DNA of 64,000 nt from Nitrospiraceae bacterium (GTDB taxonomy: Bacteria; Nitrospirota; Nitrospiria; Nitrospirales; Nitrospiraceae), in the NCBI GenBank assembly GCA_040255845.1, contig JBDZVU010000005.1, forward strand, positions 9,301 through 73,300, in the 5' to 3' direction. The first letter of the stretch is position 1. The number at the start of each line of letters is the position of its first letter. Both the position numbers and the translations under genes were made by a program. A model generated the notes under the pieces. The model saw only the letters and a program-made list of their open reading frames with translations, was not told the DNA's origin and did no database searches. This document shows, piece by piece, positions 43,417 to 52,468 of the stretch.

Positions 43417-45366
43417 ATGTCGATCTTGAAGAATATCCACACCCCTGCGGACCTGAAGCGATTGTCTCCCCAGCAATTTCCCGCGCTGTGCCAGGAGATT
43501 CGGGAGCAGATCCTCGGAGCGGTCTCCAGTGTCGGAGGCCATTTGGCGTCCAATCTGGGGGTGGTGGAACTGACGGTGGCCTTGCACTACCTGCTGGATA
43601 CCCCGACCGATAAGATCGTCTGGGACACGAGCAATCAAGCCTATACCCATAAACTGTTGACCGGTCGACGGGAGCGGTTCCACACGCTGCGCCAATACGG
43701 GGGACTGAGCGGCTTTTGTAAACGGGAAGAGAGCATCTACGATACGTTCAATGCCGGGCATGCCGGCACGGGGGTGTCGGCCGCTTTCGGCATGGTGGAA
43801 GCCCGGGAGCAGCTGGGGCAGCGGCACAAGGTCGTCTGCGTCGTGGGCGATGGGGCGATGACGGCCGGGATGACCCTCGAAGGTCTGCATCATGCCGGCG
43901 GTCTGGGCAAGGACTTCCTGGTGATCCTGAACGACAACCAGATGTCCATTTCAAAGAATGTCGGCGCCATTTCCGCCTACCTGAACCGGACCATCACCGG
44001 CGAGTTCTACGGCAAGGTGCGCGAGGAAACCGGACAATTGCTTGCCAAGATTCCCCACATCGGGCCCGACATGCAGAAGTTGGCTCGCCGGGCGGAGGAG
44101 TTGGCCAAAGGCGCCATCCTCCCCGGCCTGCTTTTCGAAGAATTGGGGTTCCAGTACAGCGGCCCCATCGACGGGCACAATTTCGATCATTTGCTGCCGA
44201 CCCTCGAGAACGTGCTGCGAATGAAGGGACCGGTGCTCCTCCATGTCATCACGAAGAAGGGCCTGGGCTACGAACCGGCCATGAAGAACCCCGTGTGGTT
44301 CCATGCCTGCCCGCCCTTCATCCGCGAAACCGGCGCGCCGGCCAAGAAGGCCGCACGGCCTTCGTACACGCAGTACGCCATGGATACCCTCGTGAAGCTG
44401 GCTCGGGAAGACCGACGGATCGTCGCCATCACCGCGGCCATGTGCGAAGGCACCGGCCTGACGGCGTTCGAAAAGGAATTCCCCGACCGGTTGTACGACG
44501 TCGGCATCGCGGAGCAGCACGCCGTCACGTTCGCGGCGGGGCTGGCCACGCAGGGGCTGAAGCCCGTCGTGGCGATGTACGCGACGTTCCTGCAGCGGGC
44601 CTATGACCAGGTGGTCCATGATGTGGCGACGCAAAATCTGCCCGTGGTGTTTTGCATTGACCGGGGCGGCTTGGTCGCGGAGGACGGCACGACGCATCAC
44701 GGGGCCTTCGACTACGCCTTTCTGAGGCATGTTCCCAACATGACCGTCATGGCGCCCAAGGACGAAAATGAACTCCAGCATATGGTCAAGACGGCCGTCG
44801 AGCACGACGGGCCCATTTCGGTCCGATATCCGCGGGGCGTCAGCCTGGGGGTGACCATGGATCCGAAGCCTGTTGCGTTGCCCATCGGCAAAGGGGAGTT
44901 GCTCAAGGACGGGACGGACGTGGCGGTCGTCGCCATCGGCGTGTCGGTGTGGCCGACCATGCAGGCGGCCGAGCGGCTAAGTCAGGAAGGGATTTCGACG
45001 GCGGTCGTCAATGCCCGGTTCGCCAAGCCCCTTGACGCTGACTTAATCGTCAAAGTGGCCAAGCGCGTGCGCTACGTGGTGACGGTGGAGGAAGGCTGCA
45101 AGATGGGCGGGTTCGGGTCGGCGGTGCTGGAAGCACTGTCCGAGGCCCGAGTGACCGGCGTGACGACGAAGGTGCTCGGCCTTCCGGACTGGTACATCGA
45201 GCAAGGACCGCAGGATTTGCTGCGGGAGCGCTACGGATTGACGTCCGAGGGCATCTATCAGAGCATCAAAGAACTGGTTGGAAGCGCGCCGGCGGGGACC
45301 GAACGAGATTTCGCCGACGCCGCGCTGCTGCCTCACCACCCCTACGGGGACGAGCAGGGGAGCTGA
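43417..45366 (+). CDS. dxs: 1-deoxy-D-xylulose-5-phosphate synthase
   Basis: ThDP motif GDGAMTAGM...NDN. N-terminus LKNIHTPADLKRLS. 649 aa. Confidence 0.92.
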   Translation: MSILKNIHTPADLKRLSPQQFPALCQEIREQILGAVSSVGGHLASNLGVVELTVALHYLLDTPTDKIVWDTSNQAYTHKLLTGRRERFHTLRQYGGLSGFCKREESIYDTFNAGHAGTGVSAAFGMVEAREQLGQRHKVVCVVGDGAMTAGMTLEGLHHAGGLGKDFLVILNDNQMSISKNVGAISAYLNRTITGEFYGKVREETGQLLAKIPHIGPDMQKLARRAEELAKGAILPGLLFEELGFQYSGPIDGHNFDHLLPTLENVLRMKGPVLLHVITKKGLGYEPAMKNPVWFHACPPFIRETGAPAKKAARPSYTQYAMDTLVKLAREDRRIVAITAAMCEGTGLTAFEKEFPDRLYDVGIAEQHAVTFAAGLATQGLKPVVAMYATFLQRAYDQVVHDVATQNLPVVFCIDRGGLVAEDGTTHHGAFDYAFLRHVPNMTVMAPKDENELQHMVKTAVEHDGPISVRYPRGVSLGVTMDPKPVALPIGKGELLKDGTDVAVVAIGVSVWPTMQAAERLSQEGISTAVVNARFAKPLDADLIVKVAKRVRYVVTVEEGCKMGGFGSAVLEALSEARVTGVTTKVLGLPDWYIEQGPQDLLRERYGLTSEGIYQSIKELVGSAPAGTERDFADAALLPHHPYGDEQGS

Positions 45367-45375
45367 CGGGTTCAC

Positions 45376-46560
45376 GTGCACATTACGAGGCGCAAGACCA
45401 GGCAGATCAGCGTCGGCACGGTGAAGATCGGCGGCGATGCGCCGATCGCCGTCCAATCGATGTGCTCCACGGACACGCGCGACGTCAAGGCGACGATCGA
45501 GCAGATCAGGCAGCTCGAAGCCGTGGGCTGCGAACTGATCCGCGTTGCGGTGCCGGACGACGAAGCGGCCGCGGCGTTGCCTGCGATCAAGGCGGCGATG
45601 ACCGTGCCGTTGATCGCCGACATTCATTTCGACCATCGACTGGCGCTCAAGGCCGCCCAAGTCGTCGATTGCGTCCGGATCAACCCCGGGAACATCGGCG
45701 CGTGGTGGAAGGTCGAAGAGGTGTTGAAAGCGGTCAATGACCGTGGCATCCCCCTTCGTGTCGGAGTCAACGGCGGATCATTGGAGCGGCCTCTGCTCGA
45801 GAAATATGGCTGGCCGTCACCGGAAGCCCTGGCCGAATCCGCCCTCAATGCCGTCCGGGCGCTGGAAGACGTCGGGTTCACCAATCTGAAAGTCTCCCTC
45901 AAGGCCTCCGACGTGCACCATGCGATCGACGCCTATTGGCTGTTTTCCCGGCAATCCGACTATCCGCTGCACATCGGCATCACCGAAGCGGGCACGGCGA
46001 TGACGGGGGCGGTCAAGTCGTCCATTGGACTCGGGTGGCTGCTGTCGCAGGGCATCGGCGACACCTTGCGGGTCTCGCTGGCCGCCGACCCGGTGGAGGA
46101 AGTGAAGGTCGGGTTCGAGATTTTGAAGTCGCTCGAGCTGCGCCATCGGGGAATCAACGTCATTGCCTGCCCGACCTGCGGGCGCGTGGAGATTGACGTG
46201 GTGCGGATGGCCAACGAGCTTGAAAAGAAACTGGGCCATGTCAAAACGCCGCTCAACGTCTCGGTGCTCGGATGCGTGGTCAATGGAATCGGTGAAGGCA
46301 AAGAGGCCGATATCGGCATTGCGGGCGGCGAAGGCAAAGGGATCCTCTTCAAAAAGGGCAAGCTGGTTCGGAAGGTGCCGATGGACCAGTTGATGGAGAC
46401 GTTGATCCAGGAAGTCGAACAGCTCGCGAAGGAAAAGGAAGCCGAAGGGACGAGCGCTTCGGCGACCGACGACTCGCAGGCAGGCTGGGAACCGCTCACC
46501 GTCGAGAGCGGCCAGCCCACCACGCTCGGGCGCCACATTCCCGTCTTGCCGAACCGCTAG
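45376..46560 (+). CDS. ispG: 4-hydroxy-3-methylbut-2-en-1-yl diphosphate synthase
   Basis: TRQISVGTVKIGGDAPIAVQSM, CPTCGR and LGCVVNG Fe-S ligand contexts. GTG start 9 nt after the dxs stop. Confidence 0.9.
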   Translation: MHITRRKTRQISVGTVKIGGDAPIAVQSMCSTDTRDVKATIEQIRQLEAVGCELIRVAVPDDEAAAALPAIKAAMTVPLIADIHFDHRLALKAAQVVDCVRINPGNIGAWWKVEEVLKAVNDRGIPLRVGVNGGSLERPLLEKYGWPSPEALAESALNAVRALEDVGFTNLKVSLKASDVHHAIDAYWLFSRQSDYPLHIGITEAGTAMTGAVKSSIGLGWLLSQGIGDTLRVSLAADPVEEVKVGFEILKSLELRHRGINVIACPTCGRVEIDVVRMANELEKKLGHVKTPLNVSVLGCVVNGIGEGKEADIGIAGGEGKGILFKKGKLVRKVPMDQLMETLIQEVEQLAKEKEAEGTSASATDDSQAGWEPLTVESGQPTTLGRHIPVLPNR

Positions 46561-46598
46561 GCGTTTCCCTCTTGCCCCCGGGGTATCGGTTCTTTCTA

Positions 46599-46628
46599 TT
46601 GAGAACCCTTAAGCAAGGCCGCTATAAT
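46599..46628 (+). promoter_or_regulatory. sigma70 promoter of tRNA-Cys
   Basis: TTGAGA (46599-46604), 18 nt, consensus TATAAT (46623-46628), 12 nt before the tRNA 5' end. Confidence 0.6.
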
Positions 46629-46640
46629 CCATGATCTCGC

Positions 46641-46715
46641 GGCGCCGTACCCAAGTGGTAAGGGAGCAGTCTGCAAAACTGCGATGCGGCGGTTCGAACC
46701 CGCCCGGCGCCTCCA
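46641..46715 (+). tRNA. tRNA-Cys (anticodon GCA), CCA encoded
   Basis: Hand-folded cloverleaf. Acceptor GGCGCCG/CGGCGCC. D stem CCCA/AGGG with an A13-A22 mismatch. Anticodon stem GCAGT/ACTGC with loop CTGCAAA. T arm GGCGG-TTCGAAC-CCGCC. Discriminator U73, then CCA. Confidence 0.93.
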
Positions 46716-46802
46716 CTCCTCCTCGCCTGCCGAACCCTCCTGCCATCCGCCGAACAGTGCAACGGCACGGGCGTGACCTAGGTGGTCCGTCCTGCGGTAA
46801 AA

Positions 46803-46831
46803 TTGACCGCGGTTCAACGCGGTGTTAGAAT
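46803..46831 (+). promoter_or_regulatory. sigma70 promoter (extended -10) of hpnH
   Basis: TTGACC (46803-46808), 17 nt ending in TGT, TAGAAT (46826-46831). The 5' UTR carries a 7-bp hairpin CGGCTGC-cga-GCAGCCG. Confidence 0.55.
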
Positions 46832-46921
46832 CCGTCAAATTTTTACCAGCTTCAGGTTCGGCTGCCGAGCAGCCGCTCGATATAGTTCTCAGCCCACAGA
46901 TTAGCCAGGAAGGAGACCGGG

Positions 46922-47938
46922 ATGGCCGTACCGCTTTCCCAGATGTATACAGTGACGAAGTATGTGCTCACGCAGAAACTCAAGGGCGTACAGCGCTACC
47001 CCCTCGTGCTGATGCTCGAGCCCCTCTTCCGGTGCAACCTAGCCTGCGCGGGGTGCGGCAAGATCCAATACCCTGATCACGTCTTGGATCGCCGCTTGAC
47101 GCCGGAACAATGCTGGGCCGCAGCCGAGGAATGCGGCGCCCCGATCGTCAGCATTCCAGGAGGCGAACCGCTGATTCATCCCGACATGGCGACCATCGTC
47201 AAAGGCTTGGTGGCCCGCAAGCGGTACGTTTACCTCTGCACCAACGCCATCCTGCTCGAGCGCAAGCTGGATGAGTACGAACCCTCGAAATATCTGACCT
47301 TCAGCGTGCACATGGACGGATTGCGCGACGAGCATGATCTGGCCGTGTGCCGGGACGGCGTCTACGACATCGCGGTCCGGGCCATCAAGGTGGCGCTCAA
47401 GCGCGGGCACCGCGTCACGACGAACACGACGTTGTTCGACGACGCGAACCCAGAGCGGGTCCGGGCCTTTTTCGACGAAATGATGGCGTTGGGCGTCGAA
47501 GGCATGATGATTTCTCCGGGATACAGCTATCAAAAGGCGCCTGATCAACAGCATTTTTTGAAGCGCGAGCGGACTCGGGAGCTCTTCTCCAGAATCTTGA
47601 GCCGGCCCAAGCGATCCTGGCAGTTCAATCAGTCTCCTCTGTTCCTTGATTTTCTGATGGGGCGACGGGACTATCAGTGCACGCCGTGGGGCAATCCCAC
47701 CTACAACGTCTTCGGCTGGCAGAAGCCGTGCTATCTGCTGCAGGAAGGGTACGCCAAGACCTTCAAGGAATTGATGGACACCACACCGTGGGACCGCTAC
47801 GGAAGCAGCAAGAACGAGAAGTGCGCGGATTGCATGGTGCACTGCGGCTACGAGGCGTCCGCGGTGGAAGATACCTTCGGCACCCTGTCCGGCTTCAGCC
47901 GGACCGTGAAGCTGACCCTCCTTCCCACTTCCCGGTAG
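46922..47938 (+). CDS. hpnH: Adenosyl-hopene transferase HpnH (radical SAM)
   Basis: Radical-SAM motif CNLACAGCGKIQYP. 338 aa. AGGAAGGAG RBS. Confidence 0.85.
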   Translation: MAVPLSQMYTVTKYVLTQKLKGVQRYPLVLMLEPLFRCNLACAGCGKIQYPDHVLDRRLTPEQCWAAAEECGAPIVSIPGGEPLIHPDMATIVKGLVARKRYVYLCTNAILLERKLDEYEPSKYLTFSVHMDGLRDEHDLAVCRDGVYDIAVRAIKVALKRGHRVTTNTTLFDDANPERVRAFFDEMMALGVEGMMISPGYSYQKAPDQQHFLKRERTRELFSRILSRPKRSWQFNQSPLFLDFLMGRRDYQCTPWGNPTYNVFGWQKPCYLLQEGYAKTFKELMDTTPWDRYGSSKNEKCADCMVHCGYEASAVEDTFGTLSGFSRTVKLTLLPTSR

Positions 47939-47954
47939 CCGGAGGGCGCTGCCA

Positions 47955-48341
47955 ATGACCGATACCAAGAACCACACCGGCACTGTCCAGCCCTCCCTTC
48001 AGGGGCGTCGGTTCACCGCTCGCTCGCGCCAGGAGCTGATTGAGGCGGTGGACTTGGCCTTCGATTACCGGGGCGACGTGACGGTGGAACTGCGAACCGG
48101 CGAGGTGCTGTCCGGGTATTTGTTCAATCGGGACGTGCACGGCGCCTGGCTCGAAATCTTTCCCGCCAATCAAGATGAAATACGACGCCTCTCCTATGAT
48201 GAGGTCGTGGCCATCGCCTTTACCGGTGAGGATACGGCATCAGGGAAGTCATGGGAGCAATGGGTCGCCAAGAAGGAATCGGAACGTCGACAAGAAGCGG
48301 CCCGCATCGCTGCCGAGGCTCGGGCGCGGGGCCACCTCTGA
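47955..48341 (+). CDS. Hypothetical protein (128 aa), basic helical C-terminus
   Basis: Open frame 17 nt after hpnH with consistent codon usage. I recognise no motif. Confidence 0.5.
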   Translation: MTDTKNHTGTVQPSLQGRRFTARSRQELIEAVDLAFDYRGDVTVELRTGEVLSGYLFNRDVHGAWLEIFPANQDEIRRLSYDEVVAIAFTGEDTASGKSWEQWVAKKESERRQEAARIAAEARARGHL

Positions 48342-48555
48342 CCCGCGCACACCCGATCCAAGGCCCCACACCTTGGTCCCACCGGTCTTTTCCCTTTTCC
48401 CGGACACCGCTGTTTCCGCCGTCCGCTGATTGACAAAGCATAGGGGCTGTGTTAATTAGGTCGGCCTTAAAATCGGGCGGCCACAGGCGTGAACGGGGCT
48501 TGTGCGGCGGCAATGCACTTATTGGCTTGGCTGAGTGAGATGGGAATTCATAAGG

Positions 48556-49080
48556 ATGTTCGGTCTTCGGGGGGCCGCTGCGGCGGCGTCCATCGGAGCC
48601 TTCGTCGCACTCTTCATTCCCGCCCCGTTGTTCGCCACGCACGAGGCTGATCACCGATTCACGGTCGAGGGCTTTGTCTGCGGCCCGGATGGTCGAGGCA
48701 GGCCTAACGTCGAAGTGCTTGTGAAGGATACGCGCATCTCCTACGGTCAGACCGTCAAGACCGATGGAGATGGTTATTACAAGGCGACCTTTCATTTGCA
48801 TAACGACAACCTGGGTGATCCGCTGTACGTCGAGGCAGAGGGGGCGCAGCAGCAGCATAAAGTCCAATTCGATCCGAAAGACCTGGAGAGCGAGCGGAAG
48901 ATTCAGGTCAATTTCGGGAGCGGCTGTGTCCATGATCCCAGCGCGCCTCCGATGTGGGCCTGGTCGATGCTTGGAGCCGTGGCTGTTGGCGTTGGAGGAT
49001 TCGTCGGAGCGAAGGTGCTGCGAGCCCGGAGGAAACACGCTGCGAAACGGGAGAAGGGGCACGGAAAGAAAAGGAAGTAA
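48556..49080 (+). CDS. Hypothetical exported protein: signal peptide, beta-sandwich (carboxypeptidase-regulatory-like) domain, C-terminal TM anchor and Lys/Arg tail
   Basis: Signal peptide ...IPAPLFA-THEADH. Pattern GFVCGPDGRGRPNVEVLVKD...TDGDGYYKATF. TM WAWSMLGAVAVGVGGFVGA. Start ATG 48556 or GTG 48535. Confidence 0.55.
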   Translation: MFGLRGAAAAASIGAFVALFIPAPLFATHEADHRFTVEGFVCGPDGRGRPNVEVLVKDTRISYGQTVKTDGDGYYKATFHLHNDNLGDPLYVEAEGAQQQHKVQFDPKDLESERKIQVNFGSGCVHDPSAPPMWAWSMLGAVAVGVGGFVGAKVLRARRKHAAKREKGHGKKRK

Positions 49081-49188
49081 ACACAGCGGTCCGTGGGGCA
49101 AAGCGGAGCAAGCACCTCGCCGGATCCGTGGGTCGATCGAGAAGGCGTGGGAGCACAGTCTGTGGCCTCATGGGACGAATCAATCTCG

Positions 49189-49234
49189 GCGCTTTTGCAT
49201 AGAGGGGCGGCCCTCTGGCAAAAGCGTCTTTTTT
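49189..49234 (+). terminator. Strong intrinsic terminator separating the upstream gene from the respiratory cluster
   Basis: Outer stem CGCTTTTGC/GCAAAAGCG, inner stem AGAGGG-gcgg-CCCTCT, followed by T6 (49229-49234). Confidence 0.75.
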
Positions 49235-49314
49235 CTGCCTGCGGCCTGACAGTCGAATCAGGAGCAGCAGAGTAGTCGGCGCGGCTTACGATCAAGAAAG
49301 GACGGAGACTTTTT

Positions 49315-49872
49315 ATGAAGCGGATGAACGTGCAAGGGCTGGTGTCGGCGTTGGGAATGCTCGGTATGGGATGCGTTCTGGCGGCCTGCGGCGGCGAGGG
49401 TGGAGGAGAAGGGCCGGTGGTGCCCCCGCCCCCGGCTCCTGCGGAATACGCCGACAAGCATATGCCGGCCGGCTGGTGGACGGACGCCGGGAAGATGGAA
49501 GAAGGCCGAAAGTTGTTCATCGGCGAAACGAACCCCGACGTCAACTGCGCCAGCTGCCACGGCAAGGATGGCAAGCCGGTGAAGGCCGGCGCGCGCGACT
49601 TCCGGGTGTCCGAGCGGATGAAGCTCTATAGCGATTCGGTGTGGTTCTGGCGCATATCGGAAGGCGTGCCCAACACCAAGATGAAGGCATGGAAGACCAA
49701 GCTGTCCGAGGAGGACCGCTGGAAGCTGGTGCTGTTCGAGCGCAGTTTTGGGCTGGCCGGCAAAGGATACGACCCGGCCAAGAAGGAATGGGTCGATGCC
49801 GCCAGTGTCGCGGCCGCTCCTGCGGCGACTCCGGCTGCGGCGCCCACCGCTTCGGCCGAAGCTGGCAAGTAA
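49315..49872 (+). CDS. Monoheme c-type cytochrome lipoprotein
   Basis: Lipobox VLAACG, heme site CASCH, Met-ligand region NTKMKAW, Ala/Pro-rich C-terminal tail. Confidence 0.8.
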   Translation: MKRMNVQGLVSALGMLGMGCVLAACGGEGGGEGPVVPPPPAPAEYADKHMPAGWWTDAGKMEEGRKLFIGETNPDVNCASCHGKDGKPVKAGARDFRVSERMKLYSDSVWFWRISEGVPNTKMKAWKTKLSEEDRWKLVLFERSFGLAGKGYDPAKKEWVDAASVAAAPAATPAAAPTASAEAGK

Positions 49873-49911
49873 GCGGGTTCACATCACTGTGAGGAGGGGC
49901 GGCGAAACATC

Positions 49912-51615
49912 ATGAAAACCTGGCAGCGCAGTCTCTTGACTCTCTGTGCGCTTCTCGCGGTCTGCGGAGGGGTCGCCTACGCGCAGGCGCCCGGTGCTCC
50001 TCCTGTCGAGTTCCCCTACACGGGAAACCGGACCGCGGTGTGGATCGTCGCCCAGCTGCACATTCTGTTCGCGGGATTCATCCTCGGCGCGCCGATTTTC
50101 GTCGTCATCTCGGAGTGGCTGGGATACCGCAAGCAGGATCCGCGGTACGACCGTCTGGCGAAGGAAGTCACCAAAGTGACCGTCATTCTTTACAGCATGA
50201 CGGCGCTGACGGGGGGCCTCTTCATTTTCGTCCTGCTCGCCACCTATCCGCAGTTTACCACCTGGCTCATCAATCACTTTTTCCTGGTGTTCGCGGTCGT
50301 GTACCCGCTGCTGTTCATCGGCGAAACGATCGTGCTGTACATGTATTTCTATACGTGGGATGCGTGGAAAGGCGCAAAGAAGGCCCGCCACATCGCGCTC
50401 GGCGTGCTACTCAACCTTATCGGCACCATCACGCTGTTCGTGATCGACGGCCCGACCTCCTTCATGAACACCCCAGTGAAGGCCGAAGGCATCTCTCCTG
50501 CAGAATTTCTTGCCACTGCCACGCTCTGGGACAAGATCTTCAACTATAGCTGGATGCCGCTCAACCTCCATCGGCTGGTGGGCAACGTCACCTTCGGCGG
50601 GTTCGTGGCCGGGCTGATCGCCGCCTACATGTACATGGGCTCGAGCAAGGAGGAAGAGCGGTCGTACTACGACTGGATGGGTTTCGTCGGCAACATGATC
50701 GGAGTCGGGGCGCTGCTGTTCCTACCGTTCATGGGCTACCTGCTCGCCTACGAGCTCTGTGACTACGATGCCTCCATCTGCCCTTACATGATGGCGGACC
50801 AGCTGTCGATGTTCTTCGAAATGCAGGGGGCGATGATCGGCCTGATCTTCCTCGCCAGCAACTACTACATCTGGCTGAGCATGAAACGGATCGAGGGGGT
50901 CGAGAAGGTCCGAATGACGATTCTCGCCCCGATCGTCATGGTGCTGCTGCCGATCGTCATGACGAAGGTCCTGACCGACTACCCGGCGCCTGATCCCACC
51001 TCGCTGGTCTTCCTGCTCCCAATGCTGTTGGCGCCAGTGCTCCTGGGCCGCTTTATCCCGGTCACTGTTTCCTCCAGCACGGTCATCAAGATCGGCTTTC
51101 TCATGGTGGTCGTGGGTAACGCGATTTGGATGACGCCTCACGGCTTCGTCCCGACGGGCGCCAAGCTGGTGGCGGAGTTGGAGCTTCCGTCGGACTGGAA
51201 CTGGCTTGCGCTGATGCCGGCCAAAAATTCAGCCGCCTTCACGCTGGTCTTCGTGACGGTGGTGAACTATGTCATTTACAACCGGGCCGTCACGCAAGGG
51301 ACCATCGTGTGGGGCAAGATCGATTTCGCCTCTCAATTCGTGCTGATCTTCCTGGCGTTCAGCGCCATTTGGACCATGGGCCTCATGGGAGCGGTCCGGT
51401 CGCTGCTGCGGAAGTACTTCCATACGTACAATTTGCTCCCGGACTTCACGGCCGAATCGTTCACGCCGACTCTGGCCTATTCCGCCTGGTGGATTACAGC
51501 GATTACCGTCATTTTCTACGCGGTGGTCAGCTTCGCCATTTTGGTCACGCTGCGCGCCGCGTATCCGAAGGACCATGCGCCGGAGGGCAGCCCGGTTCCC
51601 GCCGGAGCCAAGTAG
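49912..51615 (+). CDS. Cytochrome bd-like protein, paralog 1 (CydA-related polytopic heme protein; no CydB partner)
   Basis: Signal-peptide-like N-terminus (LLAVCGGVAYAQA). CydA-like helix 1 VWIVAQLHILFAGFILGAPIF. About 14 predicted TM segments. Confidence 0.7.
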   Translation: MKTWQRSLLTLCALLAVCGGVAYAQAPGAPPVEFPYTGNRTAVWIVAQLHILFAGFILGAPIFVVISEWLGYRKQDPRYDRLAKEVTKVTVILYSMTALTGGLFIFVLLATYPQFTTWLINHFFLVFAVVYPLLFIGETIVLYMYFYTWDAWKGAKKARHIALGVLLNLIGTITLFVIDGPTSFMNTPVKAEGISPAEFLATATLWDKIFNYSWMPLNLHRLVGNVTFGGFVAGLIAAYMYMGSSKEEERSYYDWMGFVGNMIGVGALLFLPFMGYLLAYELCDYDASICPYMMADQLSMFFEMQGAMIGLIFLASNYYIWLSMKRIEGVEKVRMTILAPIVMVLLPIVMTKVLTDYPAPDPTSLVFLLPMLLAPVLLGRFIPVTVSSSTVIKIGFLMVVVGNAIWMTPHGFVPTGAKLVAELELPSDWNWLALMPAKNSAAFTLVFVTVVNYVIYNRAVTQGTIVWGKIDFASQFVLIFLAFSAIWTMGLMGAVRSLLRKYFHTYNLLPDFTAESFTPTLAYSAWWITAITVIFYAVVSFAILVTLRAAYPKDHAPEGSPVPAGAK

Positions 51616-51664
51616 GAACGAACCAGCGCACGCCTGGGGCGTGGACGAGAACAGAGGGAGTGTC

Positions 51665-52468
51665 ATGGGCAAAGCAATGCTAAAGATCGTGGTGGGGTTG
51701 GCCGTCGGGGCCGGTCTGTGGGTCCTCACGATGGCGCTTGAGTTTCCGCCCGTGTTCCGGTGGCTCTTCTTCGCATACGCCATCCTGGGCACCGCCGTGT
51801 TCCTCATGCTCGATGCACCAAGCATGAAGCCGCTCAGCGGCGTCAAGGCGCTCACCGCCTTGTTGGCCTTTTACGTCGTCCTCTGTACGGTGTACATCGC
51901 CGGGGCGTCGCTCTGGCCGCAGTACGATCCCGAGGACGAGAAGGAAAAAATCGAAAAGATTCTGGCGCCCAAACGGAAGGCCACCGAACAGGGAAAAGCC
52001 GAAGAGCTGCTCGCCCGTGCCAAGGCCCTCGACGAACAAGCCAAGGCTCTGGCCGAGCGCATCAAGGCCCTGGGCGGTGATCAGGCTCCCGCAGCCCAAG
52101 CGGCAGGAGGCGCAGGTGCCCCTCCCGCCACGACGGCGGCCGGGGGCGACATTCTCAAAATCGGCGAGGATCAGTGGCAGCTTCAGGAGTGCTACAACTG
52201 TCACAAGCTGCGGGGTGAAGGTGGCAAAAAGCGGGGTCCGGAGCTCGACAACATCGGCAATCTCCTCTCTCCGGAGGAAATCGCCCGGAAGATCCTCGAC
52301 CCGAAATCGTACAAGGCCGAGGGGTTCGATACGGAGTATGAGAAGGGCAAAATGCCCGACAAGTACAAGGATCTGATGGAGCCGAAGGACGTCGAAGCGT
52401 TGGCCGTCTGGCTCGCCACCTTCAAAAACACGTCGGTGAATACGCCCAAGCCCATCAAGATGAAATAG
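51665..52468 (+). CDS. Membrane-anchored monoheme cytochrome c (3 TM, coiled coil, cyt c domain)
   Basis: Three N-terminal hydrophobic helices, Glu/Lys/Ala-rich linker, heme site CYNCH, Met ligand region KGKMPDKY. GAGGGAG RBS before ATG 51665. Confidence 0.75.
   Translation: MGKAMLKIVVGLAVGAGLWVLTMALEFPPVFRWLFFAYAILGTAVFLMLDAPSMKPLSGVKALTALLAFYVVLCTVYIAGASLWPQYDPEDEKEKIEKILAPKRKATEQGKAEELLARAKALDEQAKALAERIKALGGDQAPAAQAAGGAGAPPATTAAGGDILKIGEDQWQLQECYNCHKLRGEGGKKRGPELDNIGNLLSPEEIARKILDPKSYKAEGFDTEYEKGKMPDKYKDLMEPKDVEALAVWLATFKNTSVNTPKPIKMK

Noticed and set aside
46561-46921. tRNA-Cys as an integration hotspot, or a genomic island boundary
   Set aside because: There is no integrase, no direct repeat of the tRNA 3' end and no compositional shift. 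The flanking genes (ispG, hpnH) are functionally related core genes.
48358-48398. Terminator after the 128-aa hypothetical gene (CCAAGG-ccccaca-CCTTGG, with T-rich tracts 10 nt later)
   Set aside because: The stem is only 6 bp and the T-tract is not adjacent, so it is too weak to list as a feature.
49235-49314. Promoter for the respiratory cluster (CTGACA...; TACGAT)
   Set aside because: No hexamer pair with acceptable spacing was found, and no TGGCAC-N5-TTGC sigma54 match. It is left uncalled and needs TSS data.
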